Positions 1-10,890 are shown, counted from the stretch's first letter. The stretch: DNA of 64,000 nt from an uncultured Phycisphaerales bacterium (GCA_963758525.1 CAVWVQ010000002.1:160001-224000); one strand, 5' to 3'. Notes: generated by a model from the letters alone, not told the origin. Numbers and translations are program-made.

Positions 1-1546
1 AGCCGATGACCGATTCGACCGGTCATTTCACCATCGTCTTCAACGGCGAAATTTATAACTATCGCGAGCTGCGGAGCGAGTTGGAATCGCTCGGCCATGT
101 ATTCCACACAACCTCCGACACTGAAGTGCTGCTCCACGCCTGCATGCAGTTCGGCCCGTCGGCTCCTGAACATCTCAACGGCCAATTCGCGTTCGCATTT
201 TGGAACGGCCACGAGCGGACGCTGCTTCTGGCCCGCGATCGCTTCGGCGAAAAGCCGCTCTACTGGGCCAGCGGGAAATCCGGCGAGCTCATTGCGGCAT
301 CGGAGATAAAGGCGATCCTCGCTTCGGAGCTGGTCGAGCCGCAAATCGATCCCATCTCAGTGGATGCGTACCTCGGGCTTCATTACGTGCCGCCCGACCG
401 CACGATCTACCGGAACATTCACGCGCTTCCCCCGGCACACATCGCCCAATGGAACGGCAGCCGATTATTCTGCTCTCGATACTGGCAACCCAGGATCGGC
501 GGACCGGAGGTCGGGGAACGTGAGTCGGTGGAAGAGATCGGCCGACTGCTGCGACGTGCGGTGAAACGACAAATGACAGCCGACGTTCCCGTCGGTGCAT
601 TTCTCAGCGGCGGTCTGGACTCGACGACCATCGTTGCGCTGATGCAGCAATCTTCCCCTCTGCCCGTCAGCACCTTCTCCGTCGGCTTCGGCAAGCTGAT
701 CGACGAACTTCCCTTTGCGCGAGAAGCCGCGCGGCAATATGCCACGGATCATCACGAGCTTCAGATGGATATCGACGTTGCCGAGGTGCTGGCTCGGATA
801 ACGCAGGTTTACGATGAGCCATTTGCCGATTCCTCCTGCATCCCGACCTATTTGATGGCGAGTTACGCTCGCCAGCACGTCAAGGTCGTACTCTCGGGGG
901 ACGGCGGCGACGAGCTCTTTGGCGGATACGACTGGTATCGGCCGCTGCTGAACGAACCGGGCGGCAACGAATGCTTTCGTCGCCATTTGCTGCATTCAAC
1001 TCATGCCCTGGCCGATCGCGCGGCACTCTGGGGCGGCCGCCAGCCCCCATCCGCGCAGCAGATCACGGGCCGATATGGCTCGGAACTTTGCGGGATCGAT
1101 TCGGTCGTTTCCTTCGACTGCCATTGCTATCTGCCGGGTGACATTCTCGTCAAGGTTGACCGCGCCGCGATGGCTCATGGGTTGGAAACACGCGCGCCCT
1201 TCCTCGATGTAGACTTGGCGGAGTTCGTGCTGGGACTTCCGGCCACGCTCCGCTTCAGGGATCCCCGCCTCAAGGGCCTGCTGCGCGCGGCCTGCGGACA
1301 CCTCTGGCCAGAACCGATCCGCAAGAGATCAAAGCAGGGATTCGGCGCCCCGTGCGCGCATGGCTCGAACTCCCGGAGCTGAAGGAACTGTGGAACTTCG
1401 CCCAGCGAGCCGAAGGCCCGCTGACCGCGCTGCTTCCGGGACTTTCGAAAGTCGCCGGCGACCTGCGTCCGCAACGCAAGTGGACGTTGCTCTGTCTCGC
1501 CCAATGGCTGGAAGCGAGGACGCCATGCCTGGCCGGCCTGCGGTAA
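1..1546 (+). CDS. asnB: Asparagine synthase (glutamine-hydrolysing) family amidotransferase, 5'-truncated by window edge; frameshift near 1350
   Basis: FNGEIYN, ARDRFGEKPLY, FLSGGLDS, LSGDGGDELFGGY, KVDRAAMAHGLETRAPFLD, KQGFGAP; the C-terminus continues in ORF 1352..1546 (VRAWLE...LAQWLE). Confidence 0.9.
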
Positions 1547-2541
1547 GCGTGCTGCTGCCGACCTGGAACGCGATGCGGTTTCTGCCGGAGGCCGTCGAAA
1601 GCATTCTGCGGCAGCGATTTGAAGACTTCGAATGCATTATCGTCGACGATGGATCGACCGACGAAACCCCGCGATATCTTCGATCGCTCCGCGACACGCG
1701 CTTGCGTGTGTTGAGGAACAAAACCAATGTCGGGGTAACCGCCGCTTTGAACATCGGCCTTGCCGCGTGCGCTGGTCGATACATCGCCAGGATGGATGCC
1801 GACGACATTTCCCTGGTGGATCGACTTCAAACTCAGGTGCGATTTTTGGAGGTCCACCATGACATCGGCATCGTCGGATCTTCACGGCTGCTGATCGACG
1901 AGGGCGGTATGCCGCTCGGGACCGCCCCGGCAATTTCCGACGATCTCTCCATTCGATGGAAATGTCTGCTGGGAAATCCGCTCCCGCATCCGACGGTGAT
2001 GTTTCGACGCGATCTCTTGGAACGCCATCAGTTCCGTTACGACCTGGCCTTTCGATCCGCACAAGACTACGAGTTGTGGACCCGGCTGCTCCCAATCACT
2101 CGCGCCGCAAACATAGAGACGCCACTGTTGCAGTATCGCATTTGTGCGATGTCGATCAGCCGATCTCGCAAGCCGGAGCAGCTTGCGAATCACGACCGCA
2201 TTGCTGCGCTTGCCAATAGCAGGTTGTTGCCAACGTTCCCTCTTGGAATGCGGGAGATAACGAACTTACGGGGGCGCTACGGAGGCGAAAGCGTCCGCAA
2301 CCAGAATTGGAGTACCACCGATTTGGAATGGTTGGAAAAGCTCCGCGCGATGCTCGACGCCTTCCGCACTCATTACGCGGCGGACCCAGCAATTGCGCAA
2401 TGCTTCAACCGGCAGCACCGGTGGATTGAGAAGTTCAACGCCCCAGGTGCAAATTGTGACCAGTGTCCCGCCGCAGCAAAGACGCCCGGCGATCTTGCCG
2501 CCTTGGCGGTCACGCCTTTTTTCTCTCCTCCTCCGCGTTGA
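1525..2541 (+). CDS. Glycosyltransferase family 2
   Basis: VSVLLPTWN, IIVDDGSTD, YIARMDADD, HPTVMFR, AQDYELW; ATG at 1525 overlaps the asnB 3' end. Confidence 0.9.
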   Translation: MPGRPAVSVLLPTWNAMRFLPEAVESILRQRFEDFECIIVDDGSTDETPRYLRSLRDTRLRVLRNKTNVGVTAALNIGLAACAGRYIARMDADDISLVDRLQTQVRFLEVHHDIGIVGSSRLLIDEGGMPLGTAPAISDDLSIRWKCLLGNPLPHPTVMFRRDLLERHQFRYDLAFRSAQDYELWTRLLPITRAANIETPLLQYRICAMSISRSRKPEQLANHDRIAALANSRLLPTFPLGMREITNLRGRYGGESVRNQNWSTTDLEWLEKLRAMLDAFRTHYAADPAIAQCFNRQHRWIEKFNAPGANCDQCPAAAKTPGDLAALAVTPFFSPPPR

Positions 2542-2728
2542 TCTGCCTGAGACCCTGCTTATGAGTGACGGCATCGGGCATATGATCCTCATGCTCGGCG
2601 GGAGTCCCTTTGTTATTGTCCAGCCGGCCCATTCCCGCTTCTTTCTCGGGTTTAGCGCGCTCGTAAACCCGCGCGGTGTCCGGAGCATTCGTCGGATTGA
2701 GGGGCCTCTGAGGTGAATTGCCTGCCAT
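2510..2728 (-). CDS. Small hydrophilic hypothetical protein (72 aa)
   Basis: AGGAG RBS upstream of ATG 2728; MAGNSPQRP...YERAKPEKEAGMGRLDNN...EEERKKA; it is the tail of the spurious 2510..4339 ORF. Confidence 0.6.
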   Translation of the reverse strand: MAGNSPQRPLNPTNAPDTARVYERAKPEKEAGMGRLDNNKGTPAEHEDHMPDAVTHKQGLRQINAEEERKKA

Positions 2729-3031
2729 GCCTGTTCTCCTTTTTTGTGTCATATTGAATTTTAGTCGCACAGCGTATGCCGATGCGGCAATTCCGTGCAA
2801 ACGACCGATAATATATGGAGCAGAGTTTCGTGCAGTAGGCTCTATCGGCACAGATCCCCCACTCGCAGTGTCGCTGCGACGCTGGGGCGCCCAGATGCGA
2901 TGTGGCGATTGGTAAGCTCGGCCTGCGCGGTTACGATGAGCCATGCGGCGCGCTGCTCCCGCCAGGCAATGGGGTTGTGTTGTCATTGATGGGCCGGAGC
3001 GAACGGATGTACGCTCTCTGCCGCGCAAATT

Positions 3032-6000
3032 ATGCCGATTTTTGGCCGATACGAGGTTGTTTCGGAGCTTCACGCGGGAACCCCCGCGTCGGTCTTCCGC
3101 GCCAAGCTGGTGATAGGCCGCCACGCTCAGTTTGTGGTCAAGCTCCTGCAGCATGAAGACCTCGAGTCCCAGCCGCTGCGACAGGATGTCGAGGTGTTTC
3201 TCGAACAGGCACGAGCCCAGAAACAGGCTGGCGCCGATCCGCTGGGCAACTGGGCCTCGATCCACCATTTCGCCAAAACGCCAGGCGGCGCGTTTTACAT
3301 CAGCGATCTGGCCCCCGCGTCGGTCCAGACGCTGATCCAACTCTCGGTTGTTCCGACGTCCCGCGAACTCGCCCGCCTTGTGGCCGGAATCGTCCGCGGG
3401 CTGCGGACCATGCGGGAGGTCCTGAACCGCGCCCACGGCAACCTCAAGCCATCCAACGTGTTGCTCTCCTCCTTCAAGCTCGACGGAGCCAGCGTCAGGC
3501 TCACCGATCCGGCGTCCAATCTCATTGCATCGCAAGTGGGAGAAGCGGGCGACCTGCATGCGCTGGGGAGACTCATTTTCGAATTGATCGAGCATCGCCC
3601 CCCTCTTGGTGACATCGACGCCACCGTGCCTTCCACGCCGCAATGGCGGCAACTGGGGTCGGACGCAGAGGGATGGCGGCAACTGTGCGCGGATCTGCTG
3701 GCGCCTCAGGACGAAAAGAGCGAGGGACATCTCGGCGAGCTTGCCGCGCTCGTCAATAAACTCGGCAGAGCCAAGCCTGGAGGGTCCAAGCGATGGATGC
3801 TGCGAACCGCAACGGTTTTCCTCGTTGCCGGCGGCGTTGCGTCCGCATTCGACTTTCAAGCGCGACGCGAACTCTTCGCGGCCCGCACGCAGTGGATCGA
3901 CCCGCTCGCCGCGGAAATCGCAAAGCCCCCGACGATGAAGCGCTTCCGCGATGATCCGGCGCTGTGCGCCGTGATGCTCGACGTCACCGCGGCAGACGAC
4001 CCGGCCGTTGCCGCCAGCAACCAACTCTCCGACGTTCGGCCGTGGGAGATTCTGCGCGTGCGCTCCAGCCTCGCCGCCGCCGAGCGCGTCGGGACCGACC
4101 TGTCGCCAGCGCACTGGCCGGTCGCGGCGCGCCTCCGCGATGCGCAGCAGACTCTGGAGCGCTCCTCGTGGACGCAACCGGCGCACTTTGTCGCCGCCGC
4201 CTTGGCCCAGCTCAAGCCCGGGCCCGGTCTGGATTCCGCGATCTTGAATGCCATCCAGCTCGATGCCATTCTGCAAAATCAGCTGCCGGCACTGACAAAG
4301 AGCTGGGCTGATGTCGAAGACAATGCTGGCCTGCTGCAAAAGTCGAATGATGTCTACCTCTCTTCGTTCGCGACGATGCTTCGAAAATCGGCGGCGGATG
4401 CGCTGCAGCTCAGTGCAACCGGTTTTGGCGGGACGGATGTGTTGCGCACCAACAACGATCTCATCACTCGCCTTTTGACGGTCGTTCGAGACGGCTTTCC
4501 GAGTGGCATCGACGCGCCCCGATTCTTCGCGGAAGTCACTTCCAGGATTGATTATTCACATCCGCAGATCGCGGATGTGAAGAACTGGCTTCAGCGCGAG
4601 CCGTTTTACGCGAAGCAGGACGCGCAAACTGCGGCCGCCGCGAAGGAACTGCGTATCGCGCTGCGGCGCGCCCTGGATCAAATTGCCAGGCTCCATCCCG
4701 ACGCCGGGGATCGCGCGGAGGTCGAGGCGCAGCGGAAGCTCATCGAGCACGATCTCGATCTCTTTGAGCACCGCCATTTCACCAGCCACGACATGGCCGA
4801 CGGGACGTTCGTCACGCAGCGGACAGGAATCGACTCACAGATCGAATCGCTGATCGGCCACGTGCATCGCGTCGATCCGACGCCCTGGGTTGCTTCGCTC
4901 CCCACTTTGGCCACGCGCTCAGATGTCATCAACGCATACTGGGAGGATTGGAAACACGTGCTGCGCACCAGCACCGGGGAGATGGCGCGGCGAAACGATC
5001 TGTTCCAGACTTTTCGGCGTCAGACCGAGGCGCTGCGAAAAACCCTGACGGGCCTCGATGCGGATTTCCCGGCCGTCCCATCCCAGCTCGCCGGCGCGTT
5101 CGCCGCCAGCGCCGCCAGCCGCCGCGAAAGCGAGCTCGGGAAGCTTCTGGCCGCCATCGATGCGGCAGCCCCGCAGGCGGTTCTCCCCGGGCAGAAATCC
5201 GCCGCCGACAGCTATCGCCAATGGTGCGACAATCTCGTGGCGCTGGGCCACGATTTCCCCATCCGCGCCGAGCTGCTGACATTCGCGGACAACCCCGATG
5301 AGCCGTGGAAGCATACCAAAGCGGACTTCTGGAACGATACTGCCGTTCAGCATCTTGTGGCCGCCGATGTGAAGCGGCTGGCGAATCTCCGCGCCATCAG
5401 CAAGCTGACCCGCCCCGACCTGATCGATGCCGCCACCGAATCAACGGTCCCGGAGATCACGTTCGCAGCCTGGCAACTGCTCGGGGAAGCGTCGATTTCC
5501 CCGGCGTGGCCGTCGCAGGCCGGCGAGCTCGAAACTGAACGAGACATGCGCGACAAACTGGCGAGCATGATCGCCGGCCTCAAGGATCCCAAGGCGAAAG
5601 GACTTGTCGGATCCGCGCTGGCAAACCAGGGAATTGCCCGCTGGCGTCGGTTCGTGCAGTCTGCAACATCCGAGGCAATGCTGCAGCATGCAATCGAACT
5701 GAAGCGATCATTCGGCCCTGACGCAGATCTGTTTTCAGGATTGTCCGCGGCGGGGCGCTTCAACATCGCGCTCTATCTTGGTCGCCAGCAGGTGCATGAT
5801 TCCGACGACCATTCGACCGCCACATTGATCGCGGCGCTCAAGCATTCCGCGCAAGACCTGCCCGATCAGAAGCCGGTGCAGCGACTGCTCGCCCGTTTGG
5901 CGCGGCTCGACACCAAAGAGCGGTTTGCCGACCAGAATCCCGGCGACCGTTTCACGCTGGCGGTTCCCGGCGCGAATCCGCCGTTCGTCTTTCAACGCGT

Positions 6001-6982
6001 CGAGCCGCCAAACGAGCGGCCCTTCTATCTCTGCACCACGGCTGTCTCGTTCGGACAATTCGCCGGCGTGGTCCAGGCGGCAGGCGCCTGGCAGCAGACC
6101 GCGGCGTTTTCGTGGGGCGTCGCGCCGGGCCAACCGGATCTGCGACGCGGTCCGCGCGTCTGGGAGTGGCTGGCAAAGCCGGCGCTGCAGATGACGACCC
6201 CCCTCCTCTGGCTGCATCCCGACGACGACAACGATTACGCGCCCCCGTTTCGCATCGACCGCTTCAACCGCACCGCGCTTTCAGATGATGTCGGCGGCAA
6301 TCCCACGCCCGACCATCCGATGCAGCAAATTCCAGCCGAAGCCGCACTCTATTATTCCGGGCTCTGCGGATGCCGCCTTCCCACCGCCGCCGAGTGGCGC
6401 GACGCATACGCGATCTTCGAGCGTACGGTCCCGCCGGAGCGATGGAATCTTCGCGATCAGACGTGGGACCAGCAGCGCCGATACGCCGCCGACAGTGCCT
6501 CCCCGACCGTGCGCTGGCCCGACGAAGGCATTTTTCGCCCCGAGGAAGTGACCATCGCGGCAGGGGCCGATGCCAAAGCGCGCCCCGAAAACGACGGAAC
6601 CTTGTTCTTCCGTCCCGTCAACGGCCCCGGCGGCGGGACTTTCCACTCTCTGATCGGCAACGTCGCCCAATTGATCTGTGAAGCGCCGGATCAATTTGAA
6701 GACCTCGCGGATAAATCGAGCGCCGCCGCCATTCGCGCCTTCCTCGCGCAATGGCCCAACTCCTTGTTTGTCATCGGCGGCTCCGCCCTGTCACCGCCGG
6801 ACGTTCCGCTGCAGTCGCCGCTCCCCGTCGTGCACACAGACGTCGGATATGCCGACGTCGGCCTTCGCCTCGCCTTCACCGCGCCCGCCCGATCGCTGTC
6901 GGAACGATTGGCATGGATGCTCGCCGGTCAGTCCTATCTCTGGGAAAAATCCTCCCCGACCACCGCGGCGGTGGCGCAGTGA
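3032..6982 (+). CDS. Ser/Thr kinase-like (probable pseudokinase) N-terminus + TM + long helical region + C-terminal FGE-sulfatase (SUMF1/EgtB/PvdO)-like domain
   Basis: GRYEVVSEL, FVVKLL, HGNLKPSNVLL, GDLHALG; C-terminal FYLCTTAVS, DHPMQQI, CRLPTAAEW, LIGNVAQ, IGGS, DVGLRL match the FGE-sulfatase pattern. Confidence 0.8.
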   Translation: MPIFGRYEVVSELHAGTPASVFRAKLVIGRHAQFVVKLLQHEDLESQPLRQDVEVFLEQARAQKQAGADPLGNWASIHHFAKTPGGAFYISDLAPASVQTLIQLSVVPTSRELARLVAGIVRGLRTMREVLNRAHGNLKPSNVLLSSFKLDGASVRLTDPASNLIASQVGEAGDLHALGRLIFELIEHRPPLGDIDATVPSTPQWRQLGSDAEGWRQLCADLLAPQDEKSEGHLGELAALVNKLGRAKPGGSKRWMLRTATVFLVAGGVASAFDFQARRELFAARTQWIDPLAAEIAKPPTMKRFRDDPALCAVMLDVTAADDPAVAASNQLSDVRPWEILRVRSSLAAAERVGTDLSPAHWPVAARLRDAQQTLERSSWTQPAHFVAAALAQLKPGPGLDSAILNAIQLDAILQNQLPALTKSWADVEDNAGLLQKSNDVYLSSFATMLRKSAADALQLSATGFGGTDVLRTNNDLITRLLTVVRDGFPSGIDAPRFFAEVTSRIDYSHPQIADVKNWLQREPFYAKQDAQTAAAAKELRIALRRALDQIARLHPDAGDRAEVEAQRKLIEHDLDLFEHRHFTSHDMADGTFVTQRTGIDSQIESLIGHVHRVDPTPWVASLPTLATRSDVINAYWEDWKHVLRTSTGEMARRNDLFQTFRRQTEALRKTLTGLDADFPAVPSQLAGAFAASAASRRESELGKLLAAIDAAAPQAVLPGQKSAADSYRQWCDNLVALGHDFPIRAELLTFADNPDEPWKHTKADFWNDTAVQHLVAADVKRLANLRAISKLTRPDLIDAATESTVPEITFAAWQLLGEASISPAWPSQAGELETERDMRDKLASMIAGLKDPKAKGLVGSALANQGIARWRRFVQSATSEAMLQHAIELKRSFGPDADLFSGLSAAGRFNIALYLGRQQVHDSDDHSTATLIAALKHSAQDLPDQKPVQRLLARLARLDTKERFADQNPGDRFTLAVPGANPPFVFQRVEPPNERPFYLCTTAVSFGQFAGVVQAAGAWQQTAAFSWGVAPGQPDLRRGPRVWEWLAKPALQMTTPLLWLHPDDDNDYAPPFRIDRFNRTALSDDVGGNPTPDHPMQQIPAEAALYYSGLCGCRLPTAAEWRDAYAIFERTVPPERWNLRDQTWDQQRRYAADSASPTVRWPDEGIFRPEEVTIAAGADAKARPENDGTLFFRPVNGPGGGTFHSLIGNVAQLICEAPDQFEDLADKSSAAAIRAFLAQWPNSLFVIGGSALSPPDVPLQSPLPVVHTDVGYADVGLRLAFTAPARSLSERLAWMLAGQSYLWEKSSPTTAAVAQ

Positions 6983-7011
6983 AAACTTCAGTTCCATCAG
7001 GACGCAGTCGC

Positions 7012-7144
7012 CCTCTCTTTCCCCCTCCCCTGGTACTCCGGGGGAGGGCCGGGGTGGGGGCGGGTGACGTTGCGAATGCCGCGCCTTTTTCGCGGTGCTT
7101 CCACACTAACCCTTCCCCGGGGTACCAGCGGAGGGGAAAAGAGG
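7012..7144. repeat. REP-like inverted doublet, family A (CCCCTCYCC...GGTACTCCGGGRGAGGG)
   Basis: 7012-7060 is an imperfect inverted repeat of 7101-7144; related copies at 39439 and 46421. Confidence 0.75.
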
Positions 7145-7155
7145 CGATCCGAAAT

Positions 7156-8046
7156 TTGCGTCCGCTGTGTCTGCTCTTTTTGACGGCAGCCGCATTCTGC
7201 CTGCTCGGTGGCTGCGTCTCGGCCCCCGCGCCAGCACAACAATTCGTCGCCCAGGCCAAGCGTCTGCACGACGATGCCCTGGCCCAGACGGTGATCCCCG
7301 ATCGCGATCTGGAGGATTACATCCAGCAGATCGGCCAGCGGATTATCGCCGCCGCCCACGAAGCGGCGCCGGACAAAACCGCCAATCCATTCTTTGCCGA
7401 TGTGCAGTTTCACCTTGTCGACTCCCCGGTGCCAAACGTCTTCACGACCGGCGGCAAGCACATCTATGTGTATGCCGGCCTCCTGCAGTTCTGCCAGAAC
7501 GAAGAGGAGCTGGCCACGGCCATGTCGCAGGCGTATGCCCACCTGGTCAACCTCGATATCGAAAATACTGGCATGAGGCCCGACGATCAGCGACCGCTGC
7601 GCGCCGACGTCTGGCAGTTCGTCATCAACCCCTACAGCAGCCAGCAGGATCTGTCGGCCGACCAACTGGCATTTCAATTCTTCGACAAAGCCGGCTGGGA
7701 CGGGACGAAATTCGAGAATCTGTTCCAGCGCGTCAACGACACCTATCACGCGCCCCCCGAGCCCAACCGATCGTCCCTGGCCGACCGAGCGGCCCATGCC
7801 CACGCATTGAGTCAAACCGCGACGCGCGCCAACCGCAGGCCTCCCGTTGCCGACCGCCGGACGTTCGCCCTGCTCAAACGCCAGGCCGCCGCCTTGATCA
7901 AGAAGCAGGCCCCGCCGCCGGAAGACGAGCTATTCCTGCTGGCAATGCCCAACCTGATTCTCTCCCACGATCTCCCCGAACAGCAGGCCGCACAAGAAAG
8001 CCTGCGTCCGCCGCCGCCAGCCGCAGTGCAGTTGGAACCGAACTGA
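7156..8046 (+). CDS. M48 peptidase-fold lipoprotein with degenerate zinc motif
   Basis: Lipobox LGGC; YIQQIGQRI, FHLVDSPVPNVFTTGGKHIYVYAGLL, EEELATAM; HExxH replaced by QAYAH; TTG start is approximate. Confidence 0.75.
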   Translation: MRPLCLLFLTAAAFCLLGGCVSAPAPAQQFVAQAKRLHDDALAQTVIPDRDLEDYIQQIGQRIIAAAHEAAPDKTANPFFADVQFHLVDSPVPNVFTTGGKHIYVYAGLLQFCQNEEELATAMSQAYAHLVNLDIENTGMRPDDQRPLRADVWQFVINPYSSQQDLSADQLAFQFFDKAGWDGTKFENLFQRVNDTYHAPPEPNRSSLADRAAHAHALSQTATRANRRPPVADRRTFALLKRQAAALIKKQAPPPEDELFLLAMPNLILSHDLPEQQAAQESLRPPPPAAVQLEPN

Positions 8047-8298
8047 CGCGATAACCAGAACCAGCCGTGTCCGTCCGAATAACTGACGTGGGCTCCGCCG
8101 TTGCCTAAAGGGACGCCGGAGGGCAATGTCTCTACCGCGTATCGCTGCTGTTCAGCGTCGTGTGCGTGGCTGCAAAAAGATCGACCTAACAGCCTGCCCC
8201 TGCCGCGACAAGCAATCTCCCGGTGCTCGGGGGAGGGCCAGGCGGGAGCCAGATTGGGGAATGGCTTGGAGACACGAGATAAAATGATCTGGAATTTC

Positions 8299-8326
8299 TG
8301 TCCTGATTTGGGGTGTTGACGGATTA
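8299..8326 (+). promoter_or_regulatory. Putative ECF sigma promoter upstream of the sigma gene
   Basis: TGTCCTGATTT-N11-GGATTA; same motif and spacing at 10787-10814. Confidence 0.6.
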
Positions 8327-8359
8327 GATCAGGCCATTCTTCGTTTTTGCCGGATAGCG

Positions 8360-8893
8360 ATGCAGTCATCCGATCAAATGTTCGTTCGCGTTCTGACCGG
8401 CCAACGGGTTCAGTTGATGGCCTTTATCTGGTCGATCGTGCGCGCGCCCGAACTGGTCGAGGACGTGTATCAGGATGTCTGCCTGGTGGCGATGGAGAAG
8501 CGACCCATCACCGACACCGACGAAGACCTGATGCGCTGGCTCCGCGCGGTTGCGCGAAATAAGGCGCTGCAGGCCCTGGAGCGACGTCAACGAAATCCCC
8601 GGACGATGCAGCCGGAGCTTTTGGAATTGATGGACGAGCAGTGGCAGGAGCACGACGGCTCATCCAACGGGCCGGAGCTTGAGCATCTCCAATCATGCCT
8701 GACAAAGCTCACGCCGTACGCGCAGCAGGTGGTGAATCTGCGCTATGGCCAAGGCCTGACGACCCAGAAGGTGGCCGACGCGCTGCAACGCAAGGTTGAA
8801 GCGGTCTACAAGGCGCTGGTGCGGATTCATAACGCACTGGAGGAATGCGTGCGACGACAGATCGGCGCTCAGGAGCGAGGATCGAATGCCTGA
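8360..8893 (+). CDS. ECF sigma-70 factor (Rhodopirellula/Verrucomicrobium type)
   Basis: LMAFIWSIV...EDVYQDV...WLRAVARNK (region 2); LQSCLTKL...LRYGQG...AVYKALVRIHNALEECV (region 4). Confidence 0.92.
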   Translation: MQSSDQMFVRVLTGQRVQLMAFIWSIVRAPELVEDVYQDVCLVAMEKRPITDTDEDLMRWLRAVARNKALQALERRQRNPRTMQPELLELMDEQWQEHDGSSNGPELEHLQSCLTKLTPYAQQVVNLRYGQGLTTQKVADALQRKVEAVYKALVRIHNALEECVRRQIGAQERGSNA

Positions 8894-10707
8894 AAACACG
8901 CCCACCGGGGCCGGCATGAGCGACGAAGATTTTGTGCTGCTGGTGCTGCGGCACCTGGACGATTCTCTGGACGAAACCGGCACATCCGCTCTCCACGCGG
9001 AATTGCTGCGGGATGCCGGGCGTCGCCGGGAATTTGTCTCATTGCACCTTCGCTCGGTGAAGCTGGCTGAATTGCTTCGGCCGCAGTTGTTTGACGATCC
9101 GGAGAATTCCGCGCCGGCAACGTTGGACGATGCACAGATCCTTCCCGCGTTGAACGCTCTCGATCGTGGAGACGATGGGAACGCGGAGCGCAAGGACTCG
9201 GCCGGCATGCTCACCGGCCTCACGGCGCCAAGACTACCCGACGATAGCGGTTCGGACTCGACGATAAAGGCGGCAGGGCCGATCGAGGATCAAGATGCGG
9301 CACATGCGTGGCGGTGGCCTTGGAGAGTTACGAAGTGGCGCGCCGGTGCGCTCGGCTGGGCTGCTGCCGCGACAGTGGTGCTGGCGTCCGCGATATCCCT
9401 CGTCGTGATCCTGCATCCGGGCGCCCATCCTGAGCCGCTGGTCATGGGCGCGTCCCTGGATGCAGTATGGGCCGATCCGCGGTCGGTCGCGGCTGCGGGA
9501 AGCCTCGTCGAAACCGGGGTTTCGCAATCGCTCGAATCCGGCTGCGCCGAGCTGACCGCCTCGAACGGCCTGGTGGTTGTCATTCAGGGACCGGCGACGT
9601 TCACCGTTGTAAAGGCCGGGGTTGTCGCTCTCTCATCCGGCAGGCTCACGGCAAGCGTCCCAAAACCAGCGCGCGGATTCACTGTGAACACTCCGGTTGC
9701 ACGCGTCATCGACCTCGGTACCGAGTTCGGCGTGTCCGTCGATCCATCGGGTGAAACGCAGGTCCAGACTTTTCGCGGCACGGTGTCGCTTTCGTCATCC
9801 ACGAGCCCCCCTTCCGTGCCCGCCGGCTTGATTACCGCCGGGGTCGCGCGACGCGTCAGTTCGACGGGTGACATCACGGACGTCCCGGCCAACACCACGG
9901 CGTTTGTACGGCCGCAGCAGTTCGACGACTGGAACGCGATGCCGCACGAAACGTCATTCGACCGGTGGAAGGCCTATAGCGCACGGCTTCGCAGCGATCC
10001 CGATCTGGTCGCGTACTACACATTCGACAGGAGCGAAAGCGATCCGGAGCGCTTGATCAATCTCGCGGCATCCGGGCCAGCCCTCAATGGCTTCTTGAGA
10101 GGAACGGATCGGATCCATGAACGCCCGCTATGGACCACCGGTCGCTGGCCGGAAAAGGGCGCGTTGGCCTTTACTCCCAACTCGCATGAGCGCGTCGAGA
10201 TCGAATCCCCCGTCGGTGGTCCCCTGGACTTCTCGCGCAACGCGCAGACAGCAGTCCCGTTCACCATCTGCGTTTGGCTGCGCAGAACAACAGCACCCGG
10301 TTCACTCGTCGATTTTTCTGAAGGGTGGTGGTTCGGAACAGTTCGGACTGGAACTGATTGCGGACGGATCCATCGAGGGGTCGGTAGGAAAGGTCGGGGT
10401 CGGAGATCGCCGGAGTCCCGCTTCCAAGATCACAAACAAGTGGCAACTGGTGAGCCTGAATTACGACCCGGACCACGGCAACCTCGCGTTGTATGTCAAT
10501 GGCGTTCAGGTGGCCCAAAACCCCAACGCGTCCAGAACGCTACCGCGTTCCGAGTGGCCGCTGGCCATCGGGGACCGCGAATTTCGGGTGAAAATCGCGT
10601 CCTATCTCCCGCCCATGGCGGGGCAGATTGATGAGGTGGCGGTCTTCCGCAGGGCATTTTCAGCCGAGCAGGTGAAGGAGATGTACGAGGCAGAAAAGCC
10701 GGATTAA
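8886..10707 (+). CDS. FecR-like anti-sigma factor with C-terminal LamG (ConA-like) domain; frameshift near 10283
   Basis: Overlaps the sigma stop; TM segment WAAAATVVLASAISLVVIL; FecR GFTVNTPVARVIDLGTEFGV; LamG DPDLVAYYTF...LYVNG...GQIDEVAVFRRAFS, completed in ORF 10117..10707. Confidence 0.85.
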
Positions 10708-10786
10708 ACCTTGCTTTTGCTCAAAGGTAGGTATAGTCGAGTTACTCACCGGATCATTATCATTGTGAAGAAATTTCAGAAATTGG

Positions 10787-10814
10787 TGTCCTGATTTTGA
10801 TTTCGGATGGATTA
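10787..10814 (+). promoter_or_regulatory. Putative ECF sigma promoter upstream of the PEP-CTERM gene
   Basis: TGTCCTGATTT-N11-GGATTA, matching 8299-8326. Confidence 0.6.
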
Positions 10815-10890
10815 ACGATGTGAGGCGACATGACGCAAGTCGTGCCGAGCTGGTTCGAGCCGCGGTCGTCAACGTAAGTATTGAAGAGGG

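Noticed and set aside
1..2541. Lasso peptide cyclase locus
   Set aside because: The AsnB has an ordinary glutaminase domain and a glycosyltransferase neighbour; no precursor or B protein is visible
2729..4339. 609-aa minus-strand ORF
   Set aside because: Antisense to the kinase-like gene; only its last 72 aa look like a real gene
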